A stretch of DNA of 22,213 nucleotides from a virus. Its lineage: Duplodnaviria; Heunggongvirae; Uroviricota; Caudoviricetes. A program made the position numbers and the translations under genes. The stretch lies in IMG/VR virus record IMGVR_UViG_2645728091_000008. One strand, given 5' to 3'. Below, piece after piece: positions 8,685 to 17,615 of the stretch (its first letter is position 1; every line of letters begins with the position of its first letter). The notes beneath the pieces were generated by a model that worked only from the letters and a program-made list of their open reading frames with translations, did not search any database and had not been told where the DNA came from.

Positions 8685-11260
8685 CGCCTGCCTCCGGAAA
8701 AGACGCCGCCATCACGCATCTGCGCCTGAATCTCATCCTGCGCCCCCTTGCGGGCCATGTCATACACCGCCTTCATCAGCTGCGGCCCCGCCTGTCCGTT
8801 GGTGCCGTCGTTCTGAATCACCACGTGATTGTTCTGATTAAAACTAATGCCTTCCGCCCGCCGCATCTGCGCCGGACTTCCGGCACCGCCCACATAACCA
8901 CCTTCCGCATACCCGCGCATCAGACGATACAGGTTGCCGACGCCAATCCGGCTGGTTGCCTCCTTCGTGAAGACAAACTCCCCGCGGTGGACAATACCGG
9001 CAGGTTCGTATTTGCCACCGGTTCCCGTAAATCCTCCGGTCGCGAAATGGAAGTTCGCCGCCGCAGCCTGAATGGCCGTCCCCGTGGAGGCAGACGCCCC
9101 ACCACCGAAAGCACCACCCATGGCGCTGCCAATACTCCCGACAATCCCCACCATGGCCTGCTTCAGAAAAATCTCTGTCAGCATGGAGAGCACAGAACGG
9201 GTGAAACCACGCCAGCTCTGTTCGCTGCCGGTCAGCATCGCTGCCATATTCTGTGCAATACCGTCAAAGGTCTGCGTGGCCACGCTTTTAACCTGCGAAA
9301 AACTGTCCGTCGCACTTTCTGCCCACTCGCCCCAGCCGGGCTTCAGACCGGCCATCCAGCTTCCACGAAGCTGCTCCTCCGCAGACCAGGTGTTCTTCAG
9401 TGCAGATGTGGCCTTCGCCAGCGCATCCGGATTATCACCGTACACGTCACGAAGGCGCTGCTCTTCCGACTCCCGCTGCACCTGACGGTCGGTGAGGCCC
9501 CGCGCCTGGGCACTGATTGCCGCCTGCTTCGCGCCCTGCTGCTGCTCAAACCGCGCAGCCTGCTGTGCCAGCTCATTCAGCCGTTTCTGGTGTTCAACTT
9601 TGTCTCCCAGCTCAGCCAGCTGGCGTTTGTACTCCAGCGTCTCTTTCTCATGGGTCAGCAGGGATTTTTCCTGCTCAGATAACTGCCGTTTCGTGGCTGC
9701 CTCTTTCAGGACCGCATACTGATTTTCCGCTTTCCATAAATCGCGACGCTGCTGGCTGATTTTCCCATTCGCACCGCTGTGTTTTTCCAGCGTCCGGAGC
9801 TCGGTTTCAAGCGCCAGCAGGGCAGCATGCGCCTGGTCTTCCTGACGCTCACCGGCTGACACTTTGACTCCTGACGACTTCGGCTTTTTCAGCGTCGATT
9901 CATAATCCTTTTTCGCCGCCGCCATCAGCGTGTTGTAATCCGCCTGCAGGATTTTCCCGTCTTTCAGGGCCTTATTCAGTTCTTCCTGACGGGCGGTATA
10001 TTTCTCCAGCGGCGTCAGCAGACGCTCATACGCCTTCTGCGCCTCTCCGGTATACTTCAGCTGTGATGCGTCCCGTTCGGCCCGGTCCCTGGCGGCCAGT
10101 TCACCGGCTTTTTCCATATCCGACTGCAGCGTGGCCGCTGCCAGCCCCAGACGGGCATTTTCCCGGTCATTCCATGCGCCCTGAAGGTTGGCCCGGAAAG
10201 AGGAGGTTTTACCGCGGCGCTGGCTCCGACTCTGGTACCACTGCCATTTTTTATCCGCCTCATCAAATGCCTTCTGCGCACTGGCGAGCATATCCGCTGA
10301 GGATTCCGGACGACCGATATCCAGAATGGCATCCCACATCGATTTGAATGCCTTCCCTGTTTTATCCGCCCAGGTCTCCAGTGTTCCCATGTTTTCTTTC
10401 AGGCGACGGGTCTGCTCATCAAAGCCTTTCGTGGCGATATCGTTCGCCGCCTGCAATGCCCCGGCCTCGTCTCCGGAACGCTGCAGCTGTGCAACATACG
10501 CAATCTGCTCTGCCGTCACGTTACGGAACTGGCGCGCCATCGCCATCAGTCCCGACGTCGGGTCAGTGGTCAGCTTCCCGAAGGCTTCAGCGACTTTATC
10601 CACCTCCACACCGGATGCAGACGCAAAACGCGCGACACTCTGGTTGATGGCATCAAACTGTTCACCACCACGCACACCGGCATTCACCAGGGCTGCCAGT
10701 GACTCTCTCGCCTGGTTAAACGTCAGCCCTGCTGCCTGCCCGGCTCTTGAGAGAGTCAGCATACGATCGGCAGTCAGTCCGGACTGATTACCGGAAAGAA
10801 CCAGGGTTTTATTAAACGCTGAAAGCGTGGAATCCCCCTGGTACCAGGCGTACGCCAGCGCACCTGTCGCCACCGCCAGCGAGGTGACCCCGACCATCGG
10901 CAGGGTGATCGCACCGGCAAGCCCCCTGAGCATGGGGATCATCCCGCCGAAGGAGTCCTTCACCTGACCGCCCTGTTGCAGCAGGATCAGCCAGGGATTC
11001 TGACCACCGGCAAGCTGCGTGGCGATATCCGTAAACTGTGCGGGCAGGGTGCGCATGGCCGCTTTATACTGTCCGACGGAAATCCCGGCTTTTTGCGCAG
11101 CCAGCGCCTGACGGCTCAGGCCCTGTTCAACAGCAGTGGCGGTTTTTCTGGCGTCAGTATCCAGTCCTGAAAAATGACGCCTTACCCGGCTCATCTGCTC
11201 ATCGAAACGGACCGCATCCAGACTCAGGTCAATAATAAGATCACCAACCGGCTGGGACAT
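8681..11260 (-). CDS. H: tail tape measure protein H (859 aa)
   Basis: ATG 11260. MSQPVGDLIIDLSLDAVRFDEQMSRVRRHF and long stretches (for example QLAGGQNPWLILLQQGGQVKDSFGGMIPM) match recalled lambda H (853 aa). Confidence 0.95.
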   Translation of the reverse strand: MSQPVGDLIIDLSLDAVRFDEQMSRVRRHFSGLDTDARKTATAVEQGLSRQALAAQKAGISVGQYKAAMRTLPAQFTDIATQLAGGQNPWLILLQQGGQVKDSFGGMIPMLRGLAGAITLPMVGVTSLAVATGALAYAWYQGDSTLSAFNKTLVLSGNQSGLTADRMLTLSRAGQAAGLTFNQARESLAALVNAGVRGGEQFDAINQSVARFASASGVEVDKVAEAFGKLTTDPTSGLMAMARQFRNVTAEQIAYVAQLQRSGDEAGALQAANDIATKGFDEQTRRLKENMGTLETWADKTGKAFKSMWDAILDIGRPESSADMLASAQKAFDEADKKWQWYQSRSQRRGKTSSFRANLQGAWNDRENARLGLAAATLQSDMEKAGELAARDRAERDASQLKYTGEAQKAYERLLTPLEKYTARQEELNKALKDGKILQADYNTLMAAAKKDYESTLKKPKSSGVKVSAGERQEDQAHAALLALETELRTLEKHSGANGKISQQRRDLWKAENQYAVLKEAATKRQLSEQEKSLLTHEKETLEYKRQLAELGDKVEHQKRLNELAQQAARFEQQQGAKQAAISAQARGLTDRQVQRESEEQRLRDVYGDNPDALAKATSALKNTWSAEEQLRGSWMAGLKPGWGEWAESATDSFSQVKSVATQTFDGIAQNMAAMLTGSEQSWRGFTRSVLSMLTEIFLKQAMVGIVGSIGSAMGGAFGGGASASTGTAIQAAAANFHFATGGFTGTGGKYEPAGIVHRGEFVFTKEATSRIGVGNLYRLMRGYAEGGYVGGAGSPAQMRRAEGISFNQNNHVVIQNDGTNGQAGPQLMKAVYDMARKGAQDEIQAQMRDGGVFSGGRR

Positions 11261-12112
11261 ATCTCACACCTCCTGGAATCCCCGCTGAAGCCATCATTAA
11301 TGCGGCATCATCCACCATGACATCCGCCACATCCGCAGACGATAAAATATCGCCCCCTCCGTCCCCACCGAACCGGACGCCTCCGGCAAGTCCTGCCGCT
11401 TTCTGCATCAGCATTTTGTCCTCATCCAGCCTCTCCACCTGCTCTTCCTCATGCCGGGGGACAAGCAGACTGAAATCAGAGGGATGCATATCCGGATCGC
11501 AAAAAAACAGGCTGAGTACAGCGTACATCAGCCCGGAAAAATGCATATCCAGTTGGGTATCCTGAAAATAATGCGTGCGGTAAAAATGTCGCCAGTCGGC
11601 ATATTCGGTGGATGTCATCCCGGCAAGCATGGCGCGCCAGTCAGGCCTCCCCATCTCTCGCGCCAGTCTGAGGGCAAAATTCAGCTCGCCGTCGAAGACT
11701 TTCCCGCAGAAAAATCATCATCAGTAAGCGCGTTATTTTTCGCCACTTCGGTGATATCCGTATCCACATGAACAGCCCCGCTCATCCCGGACAGACGCAA
11801 CACCACGTCTTCCGCCCGGGCAATGGCATCAGCAGGCCAGGTGGTGAGCACCTCCTGTTCGATCTGCATCACAGCCTCATTCATTGATGGTGACTCCGTT
11901 TTCTGTGGATGGTTATGCCACAGGGACATCGCCACCAGAAACGCGCCGGTTCTGACAAGGTCTTCCACGCTCACCTGCAGGTTACCGCTGGCTTCAGCCT
12001 GTTCTGCCCGTCGTTTCAGCAGGGCAAGATGCTCGATACGCTGCAGCGCAGACAGCTCGGAAAGCGTGACGGACACACCGTTATATTCAAATTGTTCGGT
12101 TTTCAGAAACAT
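11241..12112 (-). CDS. GT: tail assembly chaperone G-T fusion made by a -1 programmed ribosomal frameshift (T-frame part 11241..11705)
   Basis: T-frame ORF 11241..11654 (MGRPDWRAMLAGMTSTEYADW) has the same codon phase as the -1 frame leaving the slippery heptamer. No stop occurs between 11697 and 11655 in that frame. Confidence 0.8.
11681..12112 (-). CDS. G: tail assembly chaperone G (143 aa)
   Basis: ATG 12112. MFLKTEQFEYNGVSVTLSELSALQRIEHLALLKR matches recalled lambda G. Ends ...SAGKSSTAS with TGA at 11681..11683. Confidence 0.9.
   Translation of the reverse strand: MFLKTEQFEYNGVSVTLSELSALQRIEHLALLKRRAEQAEASGNLQVSVEDLVRTGAFLVAMSLWHNHPQKTESPSMNEAVMQIEQEVLTTWPADAIARAEDVVLRLSGMSGAVHVDTDITEVAKNNALTDDDFSAGKSSTAS
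11699..11705 (-). promoter_or_regulatory. slippery heptamer G GGA AAG for the G/GT -1 frameshift
   Basis: Minus-strand GGGAAAG, with GGA and AAG as zero-frame codons of G, six codons before the G stop. Same heptamer and position as the lambda G-T recoding site. Confidence 0.8.
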
Positions 12113-12125
12113 GTATTACCTCCGT

Positions 12126-12878
12126 TTACCCTGCAGCGCCCGCTTCAGTAACGGTGACTTCAGCTACCGTGGCAAACTGACCATTACCGGAAATCACGGG
12201 GATACTCACTTTTCCAGCCTTAACCCCCGTCACAGTGATCGCCATATCTTTCACAGCAATGGTTCCCGTTGACGGATCGGCGGAAACCGCTCTGAACGTT
12301 TTGTCGGTTGCACTTTCCGGCTCAAAAGAAACCGTCAGGGTTGTTGTTTTCCCTTTTGCCACCGTACCAGATGTCGGCGTCACCTTAATCGCAGTGACCG
12401 GCGTAATTTCGCTGCGTTCTTCCGCCACAGAAGGTTTACCCACGTTGGTCACTTTCACCGTACGGGTGATCACTTCCTTCGCCGTTACGGCCTTACCGAT
12501 ACTGCTGACCCAGCCACGGAACACATCCACCGTGCCGTTCGGGAAACGGATTTTATAGGCCCGCACATCCCCGCTTTCAAACCAGCCTATAAGCCCTTTC
12601 TGACCTTCTTCTCCCGGTTTCCAGGCCAGCGTAAAACTGGTATCTCCTGCAGACTTCTGCCCCTGCCCGGCCGCAGTCCAGTCCGCGTCTTCATCATCCA
12701 GGTAGTTATCATCGTAGGGTTCTGCCGTCATCTCGCCCGGCGTCAGATCCTTTACCTGTGCCAGTCGCTGCCAGTTATCGTCTGACAACGGGTTTGCATA
12801 GGCATCACCCTGACCGTTATAAACCCACAGGGTGGTACCGGCACCTTTTACCGGTGCCAGAGGATTTGGTGTTGGCAT
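12126..12878 (-). CDS. V: major tail tube protein V (250 aa) with C-terminal Ig-like domain
   Basis: ATG 12878. [33 protein letters not shown] and [41 protein letters not shown] match recalled lambda V. Confidence 0.95.
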   Translation of the reverse strand: MPTPNPLAPVKGAGTTLWVYNGQGDAYANPLSDDNWQRLAQVKDLTPGEMTAEPYDDNYLDDEDADWTAAGQGQKSAGDTSFTLAWKPGEEGQKGLIGWFESGDVRAYKIRFPNGTVDVFRGWVSSIGKAVTAKEVITRTVKVTNVGKPSVAEERSEITPVTAIKVTPTSGTVAKGKTTTLTVSFEPESATDKTFRAVSADPSTGTIAVKDMAITVTGVKAGKVSIPVISGNGQFATVAEVTVTEAGAAG

Positions 12879-12885
12879 ATCGTCC

Positions 12886-13281
12886 TCACATCTCGTATGT
12901 AATGGAATAAGTCAAATCAGCAGAACTCCATAACGCCATATCGTCATCACGACGATACTCATAGCCCTGCGTAACCATCGTGGTAATCAGGCCTGACAGT
13001 GCCGGGATCGCACTCATCGCCGGATAAATCCGGCTTTCCATCCACGAATCCAGCTCTGAATCCGGCACCTGAGCAGGCAGGAAAACTTCAATATGCAGCT
13101 CCGCCTGCCAGGTATCGCTGTCCAGCGCTTCGCCCGTGTATTCAGCGCCGGTGAGATAAACAGCAATTGCCGGAAAATCCGCCTCATCAAAAACAGCGGG
13201 GCGACCATCAAACAGCGTCGCCCCGTGTTCATGCTGCTCGAGTGCATCCAGCACTGCAGCACGGATATCAGTATGTTTCAT
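12886..13281 (-). CDS. U: tail terminator protein U (131 aa)
   Basis: ATG 13281. [51 protein letters not shown] is near-identical to recalled lambda U. Confidence 0.9.
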   Translation of the reverse strand: MKHTDIRAAVLDALEQHEHGATLFDGRPAVFDEADFPAIAVYLTGAEYTGEALDSDTWQAELHIEVFLPAQVPDSELDSWMESRIYPAMSAIPALSGLITTMVTQGYEYRRDDDMALWSSADLTYSITYEM

Positions 13282-13853
13282 CGCTTTATCACAATCCTTA
13301 GTTGTTGTTTCAACGCATAGCCCAGTTCTTTTGGCAGACGTTCTCGCCGGATACGGTTAACGTTCTCATCAAAAGCCTGCTTCAGTGGGGCCGCCATCGG
13401 AATTTTAACCACCTGAATGGGAAGACGATTACGCTTTTTCCTTCCTTTATCGTCATTGCCCTTCGCATACCGGGCTTCTGGCAAACGTTGCATAACATGC
13501 CAGCGCCCATTATTTAATCGCTGGATGAATGCCCGCTGATAACGATGCTGACCGGCTTTAAGTATGCTGTTCGGACGATGACCAAGCATCCTGATCCCCA
13601 GCTTAATAGCAGGGAGATCACCGCGGTTAACGATAATTCTGGCATTCGGATTTCTGACCGTCGCCCGTTTCAGTCTGGACCGTTCCTTTACCAGTTTCCG
13701 GCTCACCCTGGTCTCCCGGGCAACCTGTGATGAAGACTGATTAATCGCCGTTGTAGCCACGCGGTTAATAGCCATTGCTGAAGCCGACGGAATGGCGTTT
13801 TTACGAACCCGGCTCAGATTTTCAATCGCCTGATCAAGCCCTTTTATCGCCAT
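13278..13853 (-). CDS. Z: tail completion protein Z (191 aa)
   Basis: ATG 13853. MAIKGLDQAIENLSRV...AMAINRVA...[20 protein letters not shown] matches recalled lambda Z. ATGA overlap with U. Confidence 0.9.
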   Translation of the reverse strand: MAIKGLDQAIENLSRVRKNAIPSASAMAINRVATTAINQSSSQVARETRVSRKLVKERSRLKRATVRNPNARIIVNRGDLPAIKLGIRMLGHRPNSILKAGQHRYQRAFIQRLNNGRWHVMQRLPEARYAKGNDDKGRKKRNRLPIQVVKIPMAAPLKQAFDENVNRIRRERLPKELGYALKQQLRIVIKR

Positions 13854-13867
13854 AATTCACCCTGCGT

Positions 13868-14221
13868 TTATCGTCGCCGGTTAACTGCGGGTGGTTGCCC
13901 ACGGTTCAGCCAGAGATAACAACTGCCCCCGTCATCCGGAGAAACACGATCCACCCAGAACGTCTCACCATTAATGGTCAACGTGTCACCACGCCGCACG
14001 GCACGAACCGTATCCGTCCGCACAAATAATGACGGGCTGCTTCCTTCAATACGGATCCCACTACTGGCAAACCCCAGCGACTCCGGATCGTCAAAAACCC
14101 CCTGAACTTCGCCGCCACGCTGTGCACCGGAGGTGAACTGCGCACTGATGCCCATCACTTCAACAATCGTACTGTCCACCCCGGCAAGGGCGGCATCAAA
14201 GGCATTCTGAAAATCACGCAT
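13868..14221 (-). CDS. FII: head-tail joining protein FII (117 aa)
   Basis: Track ORF starts at 14257, but ATG 14221 (MRDFQNAFDAA...) aligns with the lambda FII start, gives exactly lambda length and has GGTGGAATGG upstream. Ends ...WLNRGQPPAVNRRR. Confidence 0.85.
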   Translation of the reverse strand: MRDFQNAFDAALAGVDSTIVEVMGISAQFTSGAQRGGEVQGVFDDPESLGFASSGIRIEGSSPSLFVRTDTVRAVRRGDTLTINGETFWVDRVSPDDGGSCYLWLNRGQPPAVNRRR

Positions 14222-14588
14222 AAACAGCCATTCCACCATCAACGTGTGTTTTTGCATCTGAGGACATAATCAGAATCACCCGACCAACATCCGCAAGCTC
14301 AACGGATTCCCCCGTTTCACCATCAACGCCACAGAGATGGAGGCAGGTCAGAACTCTGATGCGCGTTAACGCGCCGGATGTTTCCTCACGAACATCATGA
14401 GCCGCGTTTTCCCTCTCCCGGATATCCATATTCATAACCTGTACATCATCGCCGGATGACTGCATTTCCTCTTCCCATTCTGCCACCCGCTGCGCTATCT
14501 CTGCGGCACTCCCGGATATATCCGGCTCACGCCCCAGAATCAGGGCCAGTTCATCAAGCCGTTTCAGATTTTGCTCTTTCGTTGCCAT
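14214..14588 (-). CDS. FI: DNA packaging / head assembly protein FI (124 aa)
   Basis: Track start 14636 is GTG. I prefer ATG 14588 (MATKEQNLKRLDELALILG) with SD GGGGGA 5 nt upstream. Position between E and FII as in lambda; sequence similarity is moderate. Confidence 0.8.
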   Translation of the reverse strand: MATKEQNLKRLDELALILGREPDISGSAAEIAQRVAEWEEEMQSSGDDVQVMNMDIRERENAAHDVREETSGALTRIRVLTCLHLCGVDGETGESVELADVGRVILIMSSDAKTHVDGGMAVYA

Positions 14589-14600
14589 ATCATCCCCCTG

Positions 14601-14631
14601 TGAAAAAAGACACGGGGGCATTTCGCCCCCG
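14601..14631 (-). promoter_or_regulatory. E-FI intergenic GC-rich stem-loop followed by a U-rich tract
   Basis: Minus strand: CGGGGGC (14631..14625) pairs with GCCCCCG (14619..14613), 5-nt loop, then UGUCUUUUUU (14612..14603). Sits directly upstream of the FI SD. Confidence 0.45.
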
Positions 14632-14639
14632 CTCACGGA

Positions 14640-15668
14640 TTATTTCACCTGTACCACCACAAACTCATCCGGGTCCGGCAACACCATCAGCGGCGCGGAC
14701 TGCGTCATGGTAAATTCACGGGCGGGATCCCCTACCGTCAGCCAGTGTTTCGGATAACGGGAAGAGGCCACCACACCTTCGGACAACGCCTGCGCATCCT
14801 GAATGGCACCATAGCAACGAATGCCCTCTGCTGCCGTATTCCCCAGGACCAGCGAACCCTCAGGCAGATAACGTTTTTCGGTACCGTCCTCTGCCACATA
14901 AGACGTTTTTGCCACCACAATGGCCAGATCGCCGTAATACCCTTTGAAGGACACCACCGCGCCCAGGTCTTTCACCGCTGTTTCGAGTTGCGAATTAGAG
15001 CCGCGACGGGTATCCAGTTTTTCGCGGAACAATTTAAAGCCATTCAGCAGACGCCAGACGGTACCGTCCATAATGGCAATATTCACAAGACCGCTGGCCT
15101 GGTCGCAGTAGAGGTCAAGATCATGTGTAGGATCGAACGTGTCACGATCCTGTTTTGACCACTCCTTACCACTACCCTGAGTGATGTTATTCTTCGTCGA
15201 CCTGCCAAAATCGACCTCAATTTTCTCGAACTGGTCTCCTTCCATCGTGTATTTGCCATACAGCACGGCATTCACCGCCTGCATTTCTTCCACCTGGACA
15301 ATGGCGTGCTCTTCCTGTTTGAGGTTATCAGTGATGATACGCAGACGACGGTAGGCCGGGTCGTTCAGCTGAGCCGGATCTTCACCGGGAAGACGCTCAA
15401 CCGCCTGCTGGTAATTAAATTCGTGTTTCGGCTTGACGTAGCCCGGACGTAACACGCGGGTTTCACCACCACGATGACGCAGCACTTTTCCTTCAACAAC
15501 CGGGGAAACATAGGCCGCCACCGGCGTTTTTCCGGTAATTTTGTCCAGCATCACCTCTTCGGTATGGAAATTCACCGTACGGCGGAAAAACAGCTCCAGA
15601 AACAGCGCACGAAATTTCACTTTTTGTTCGGTATAACCGAGTAACTGGCGGGTCGTAAACAATCCCAT
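14640..15668 (-). CDS. E: major capsid protein E (342 aa)
   Basis: ATG 15668 with SD AAGGAA. Long matches to recalled lambda E (GYVKPKHE, QVEEMQAVNAVLYGKYTM, KEKLDTRRGSNS, RYPKHWLTVGDPAREFTMTQSAPLM). Confidence 0.95.
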   Translation of the reverse strand: MGLFTTRQLLGYTEQKVKFRALFLELFFRRTVNFHTEEVMLDKITGKTPVAAYVSPVVEGKVLRHRGGETRVLRPGYVKPKHEFNYQQAVERLPGEDPAQLNDPAYRRLRIITDNLKQEEHAIVQVEEMQAVNAVLYGKYTMEGDQFEKIEVDFGRSTKNNITQGSGKEWSKQDRDTFDPTHDLDLYCDQASGLVNIAIMDGTVWRLLNGFKLFREKLDTRRGSNSQLETAVKDLGAVVSFKGYYGDLAIVVAKTSYVAEDGTEKRYLPEGSLVLGNTAAEGIRCYGAIQDAQALSEGVVASSRYPKHWLTVGDPAREFTMTQSAPLMVLPDPDEFVVVQVK

Positions 15669-15696
15669 AAATCAGTTCCTTTCATTCAGAAATCAG

Positions 15697-15718
15697 TCAG
15701 GCCACCGCGGTGGCCTGA
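15697..15718 (-). promoter_or_regulatory. perfect 22-bp palindrome (TCAGGCCACCG/CGGTGGCCTGA) in the D-E intergenic spacer
   Basis: Read directly. Lies between the D stop (15726..15728) and the E SD/ATG (15668). No U-tract follows on the minus strand. Confidence 0.5.
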
Positions 15719-15725
15719 TAACGTG

Positions 15726-16073
15726 TTACGGCAGCGCCGCGTGACTCAGGGCACTGCCGGCAAAGGCGTTGGCCTTTTTGTGTTCATCCACACTTTCAGG
15801 CCAGCGGATTGCCTCCGTCGCAAAGGTCCCCGACTTGTAATAGGTCAGCGCCGTCTCTGTGCCTTCAAGCGGCAGTACCAGTATGCCAACCGCACTACCG
15901 GCTTTTTGTCCGTCCCAGACCACCAGTTTCCCGGTGGCCTCATCCAGCATCAGGGGCGTCAGTGCCGGTGTTGCCGAGGAAATCCCGCTGCTGCCTGTGG
16001 CGGTATGAGCCGGATCATTACCGGCAAAAATACGTACTTCCGCACGCTGTTCAGTGATAGTTTTCGTCACCAT
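15726..16073 (-). CDS. D: head decoration protein D (115 aa)
   Basis: ATG 16073 with SD AGGAGG. NDPAHTATG, TPLMLD, AVGIL, YYKSGTF and AFAG match recalled lambda D. Confidence 0.9.
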   Translation of the reverse strand: MVTKTITEQRAEVRIFAGNDPAHTATGSSGISSATPALTPLMLDEATGKLVVWDGQKAGSAVGILVLPLEGTETALTYYKSGTFATEAIRWPESVDEHKKANAFAGSALSHAALP

Positions 16074-16109
16074 ATTGTAAAAACCTCCTGTTGATGGTCA
16101 GCACTGGCT

Positions 16110-17615
16110 TCATGGCATGGCCATGAGCATTTTCACGTCCGCATCACCGTCTGCTGACGTCTGTGGCACGCCACCCTGTACCGCTGCCGGTGAATGGTTC
16201 GCCATGATGCGTTCAAACATGGCGGTTGTGGATGCAGAGACCGGTTCTGCCTTACCTGATCCCGCAGCCAGCACAGCCCGGGCGCTCTCCACAGTCATTC
16301 CCGGGCAGGCAGCCAGCTGTTCAGCCTGCGCCTCAGCCCCTTTTGCCTCATCCAGTGCCATGATCTGATCACGGAGTGAGGGTCCGGCATCCGCCTGCGG
16401 TGAAGCAGCCAGGATCGGGCGGGCTTTTTCCACCGTCATCTCCGGCATCGCCGCCAGCGTTGCCGCCAGTTGTTCACGACCTTTCGCTTCTTCACACGCC
16501 ATAATGCGATCGGCTTCACTCTGCGCGGATGCCACCGGCTGCTGTGGTGCCGCCGCGGCCAGAATCGCCCGGGCCTGTTCAACGCTCATGCCCTGTTGTC
16601 CTGCCAGCATCGTGGCAAGCTGTTCACGTCCTTTCGCTTCCTGGCATGTCAGGATCCCCATCACTCGCTGGTTCTCCTGCGCGGCGGCTTCCGTTGCAGT
16701 TAATTGCGGCATAGTGCCTCCTCTGACATTACTGTTCAGCGCCGTGGCCATCACACTGATGGCATCCGACGCATTGATTAATTCATCCGCCAGCCCGGCC
16801 TCAATGCCGGACTGACCTTCAAAAACGGCGGCCTCTGTTCCCGTGACAGCATCAACAGACAGACCGGTATACATCGCTACTTTTTCAGCAAACATCCGGC
16901 GCGCCGCATCAATGCGCTGTTGCATGTCCTGGCGAACCTCTGCCGGCAACGCTTCAAACTGATTGCCATCCACCTTGTGCGCCCCTGAGTAAATCAGCGT
17001 GATATCAACACCGGCCTGCGCCAGATGACCGGCATAGCTGACATGGCTCATCATCACGCCAATGGAGCCGATACGGGATGTCTGGGTAACCAGCCGTCGG
17101 GAGCAGGCCGACGCCAGCAGCATGGCTGCAGAGCAGGCCGTGTCATTGCACAGTGCCCAGACCGGCTTCTGCTGACGGAGGCGGTAAATCATGTCAGCGC
17201 AGTCAAACGCGCCGGCGGCCTGCCCGCCCGGACTGTCAATGTCCAGCAGTACGCCCCGCACCTGGCTATCCGCCATTGCCTGCTGAAGACAGGCGACAAT
17301 GCCGTCATAGCCTGTCATTCCGGAAAATGGCCGCATACCCCCCAGCCGGTGCACCAGCGTGCCGGTCACCGGCAGTACAGCAATACCGTTCACCACCCGG
17401 TAAACACGGGCCGGTCGTTTACCTCCGGCCATGTACTCGTCCGTTTCAGCCAGCATTCCGGGAGCATCAAACTGTACCTGCTGTTGTGGTACCGAAAGAC
17501 TTGATGCCCCCATCTCGCGCCCGAGCGCGCAAAAGAAAACCCGCGCATAGGCGGGCTCCAGAAGCAGCGGTTCATTGAATGCTGCGGCAATAATGTGTGA
17601 AAGATTACGTCTCAC
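16110..17615 (-). CDS. C: head maturation protease C (S49/SppA-like) with in-frame C-terminal Nu3-type scaffold region (501 aa)
   Basis: Start is GTG at 17615, overlapping the B stop. AFNEPLLLEPAYARVFFCAL, GVLLDIDSPGG and KPVWALCNDTACSAA match recalled lambda C. About 62 aa longer than lambda C (439 aa). Confidence 0.9.
   Translation of the reverse strand: MRRNLSHIIAAAFNEPLLLEPAYARVFFCALGREMGASSLSVPQQQVQFDAPGMLAETDEYMAGGKRPARVYRVVNGIAVLPVTGTLVHRLGGMRPFSGMTGYDGIVACLQQAMADSQVRGVLLDIDSPGGQAAGAFDCADMIYRLRQQKPVWALCNDTACSAAMLLASACSRRLVTQTSRIGSIGVMMSHVSYAGHLAQAGVDITLIYSGAHKVDGNQFEALPAEVRQDMQQRIDAARRMFAEKVAMYTGLSVDAVTGTEAAVFEGQSGIEAGLADELINASDAISVMATALNSNVRGGTMPQLTATEAAAQENQRVMGILTCQEAKGREQLATMLAGQQGMSVEQARAILAAAAPQQPVASAQSEADRIMACEEAKGREQLAATLAAMPEMTVEKARPILAASPQADAGPSLRDQIMALDEAKGAEAQAEQLAACPGMTVESARAVLAAGSGKAEPVSASTTAMFERIMANHSPAAVQGGVPQTSADGDADVKMLMAMP
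16203..16664 (-). repeat. three degenerate tandem copies of a 47-53 codon module inside the 3' part of C
   Basis: Module starts I-[LM]-[TA]-x-x-EAKG at codons whose Met triplets are 16659..16661, 16500..16502 and 16359..16361, with a partial fourth at 16203..16205. Periods are 159, 141 and 156 nt. DNA-level repeat GTTCACG(A/T)CCTTTCGCTTC at approx 16473..16493 and 16622..16642. Confidence 0.65.

Noticed and set aside
8411-9682. Long plus-strand ORF (423 aa) and similar plus-strand ORFs at 6991..7935, 3006..3785, 161..1021, 10188..10787 and 18592..19368
   Set aside because: All lie antisense to strongly conserved lambda-like genes (H, K/L, J, stf, B). Their translations are Pro/Arg/Ser/Ala-rich low-complexity strings without recognisable motifs. 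Long antisense ORFs are expected in GC-rich coding DNA.
14222-14257. Track start of FII at 14257 and of FI at 14636
   Set aside because: Homology to lambda FII begins at MRDF (ATG 14221), giving the exact lambda length. For FI the 14636 codon is GTG inside the E-FI hairpin, whereas ATG 14588 has a good SD.
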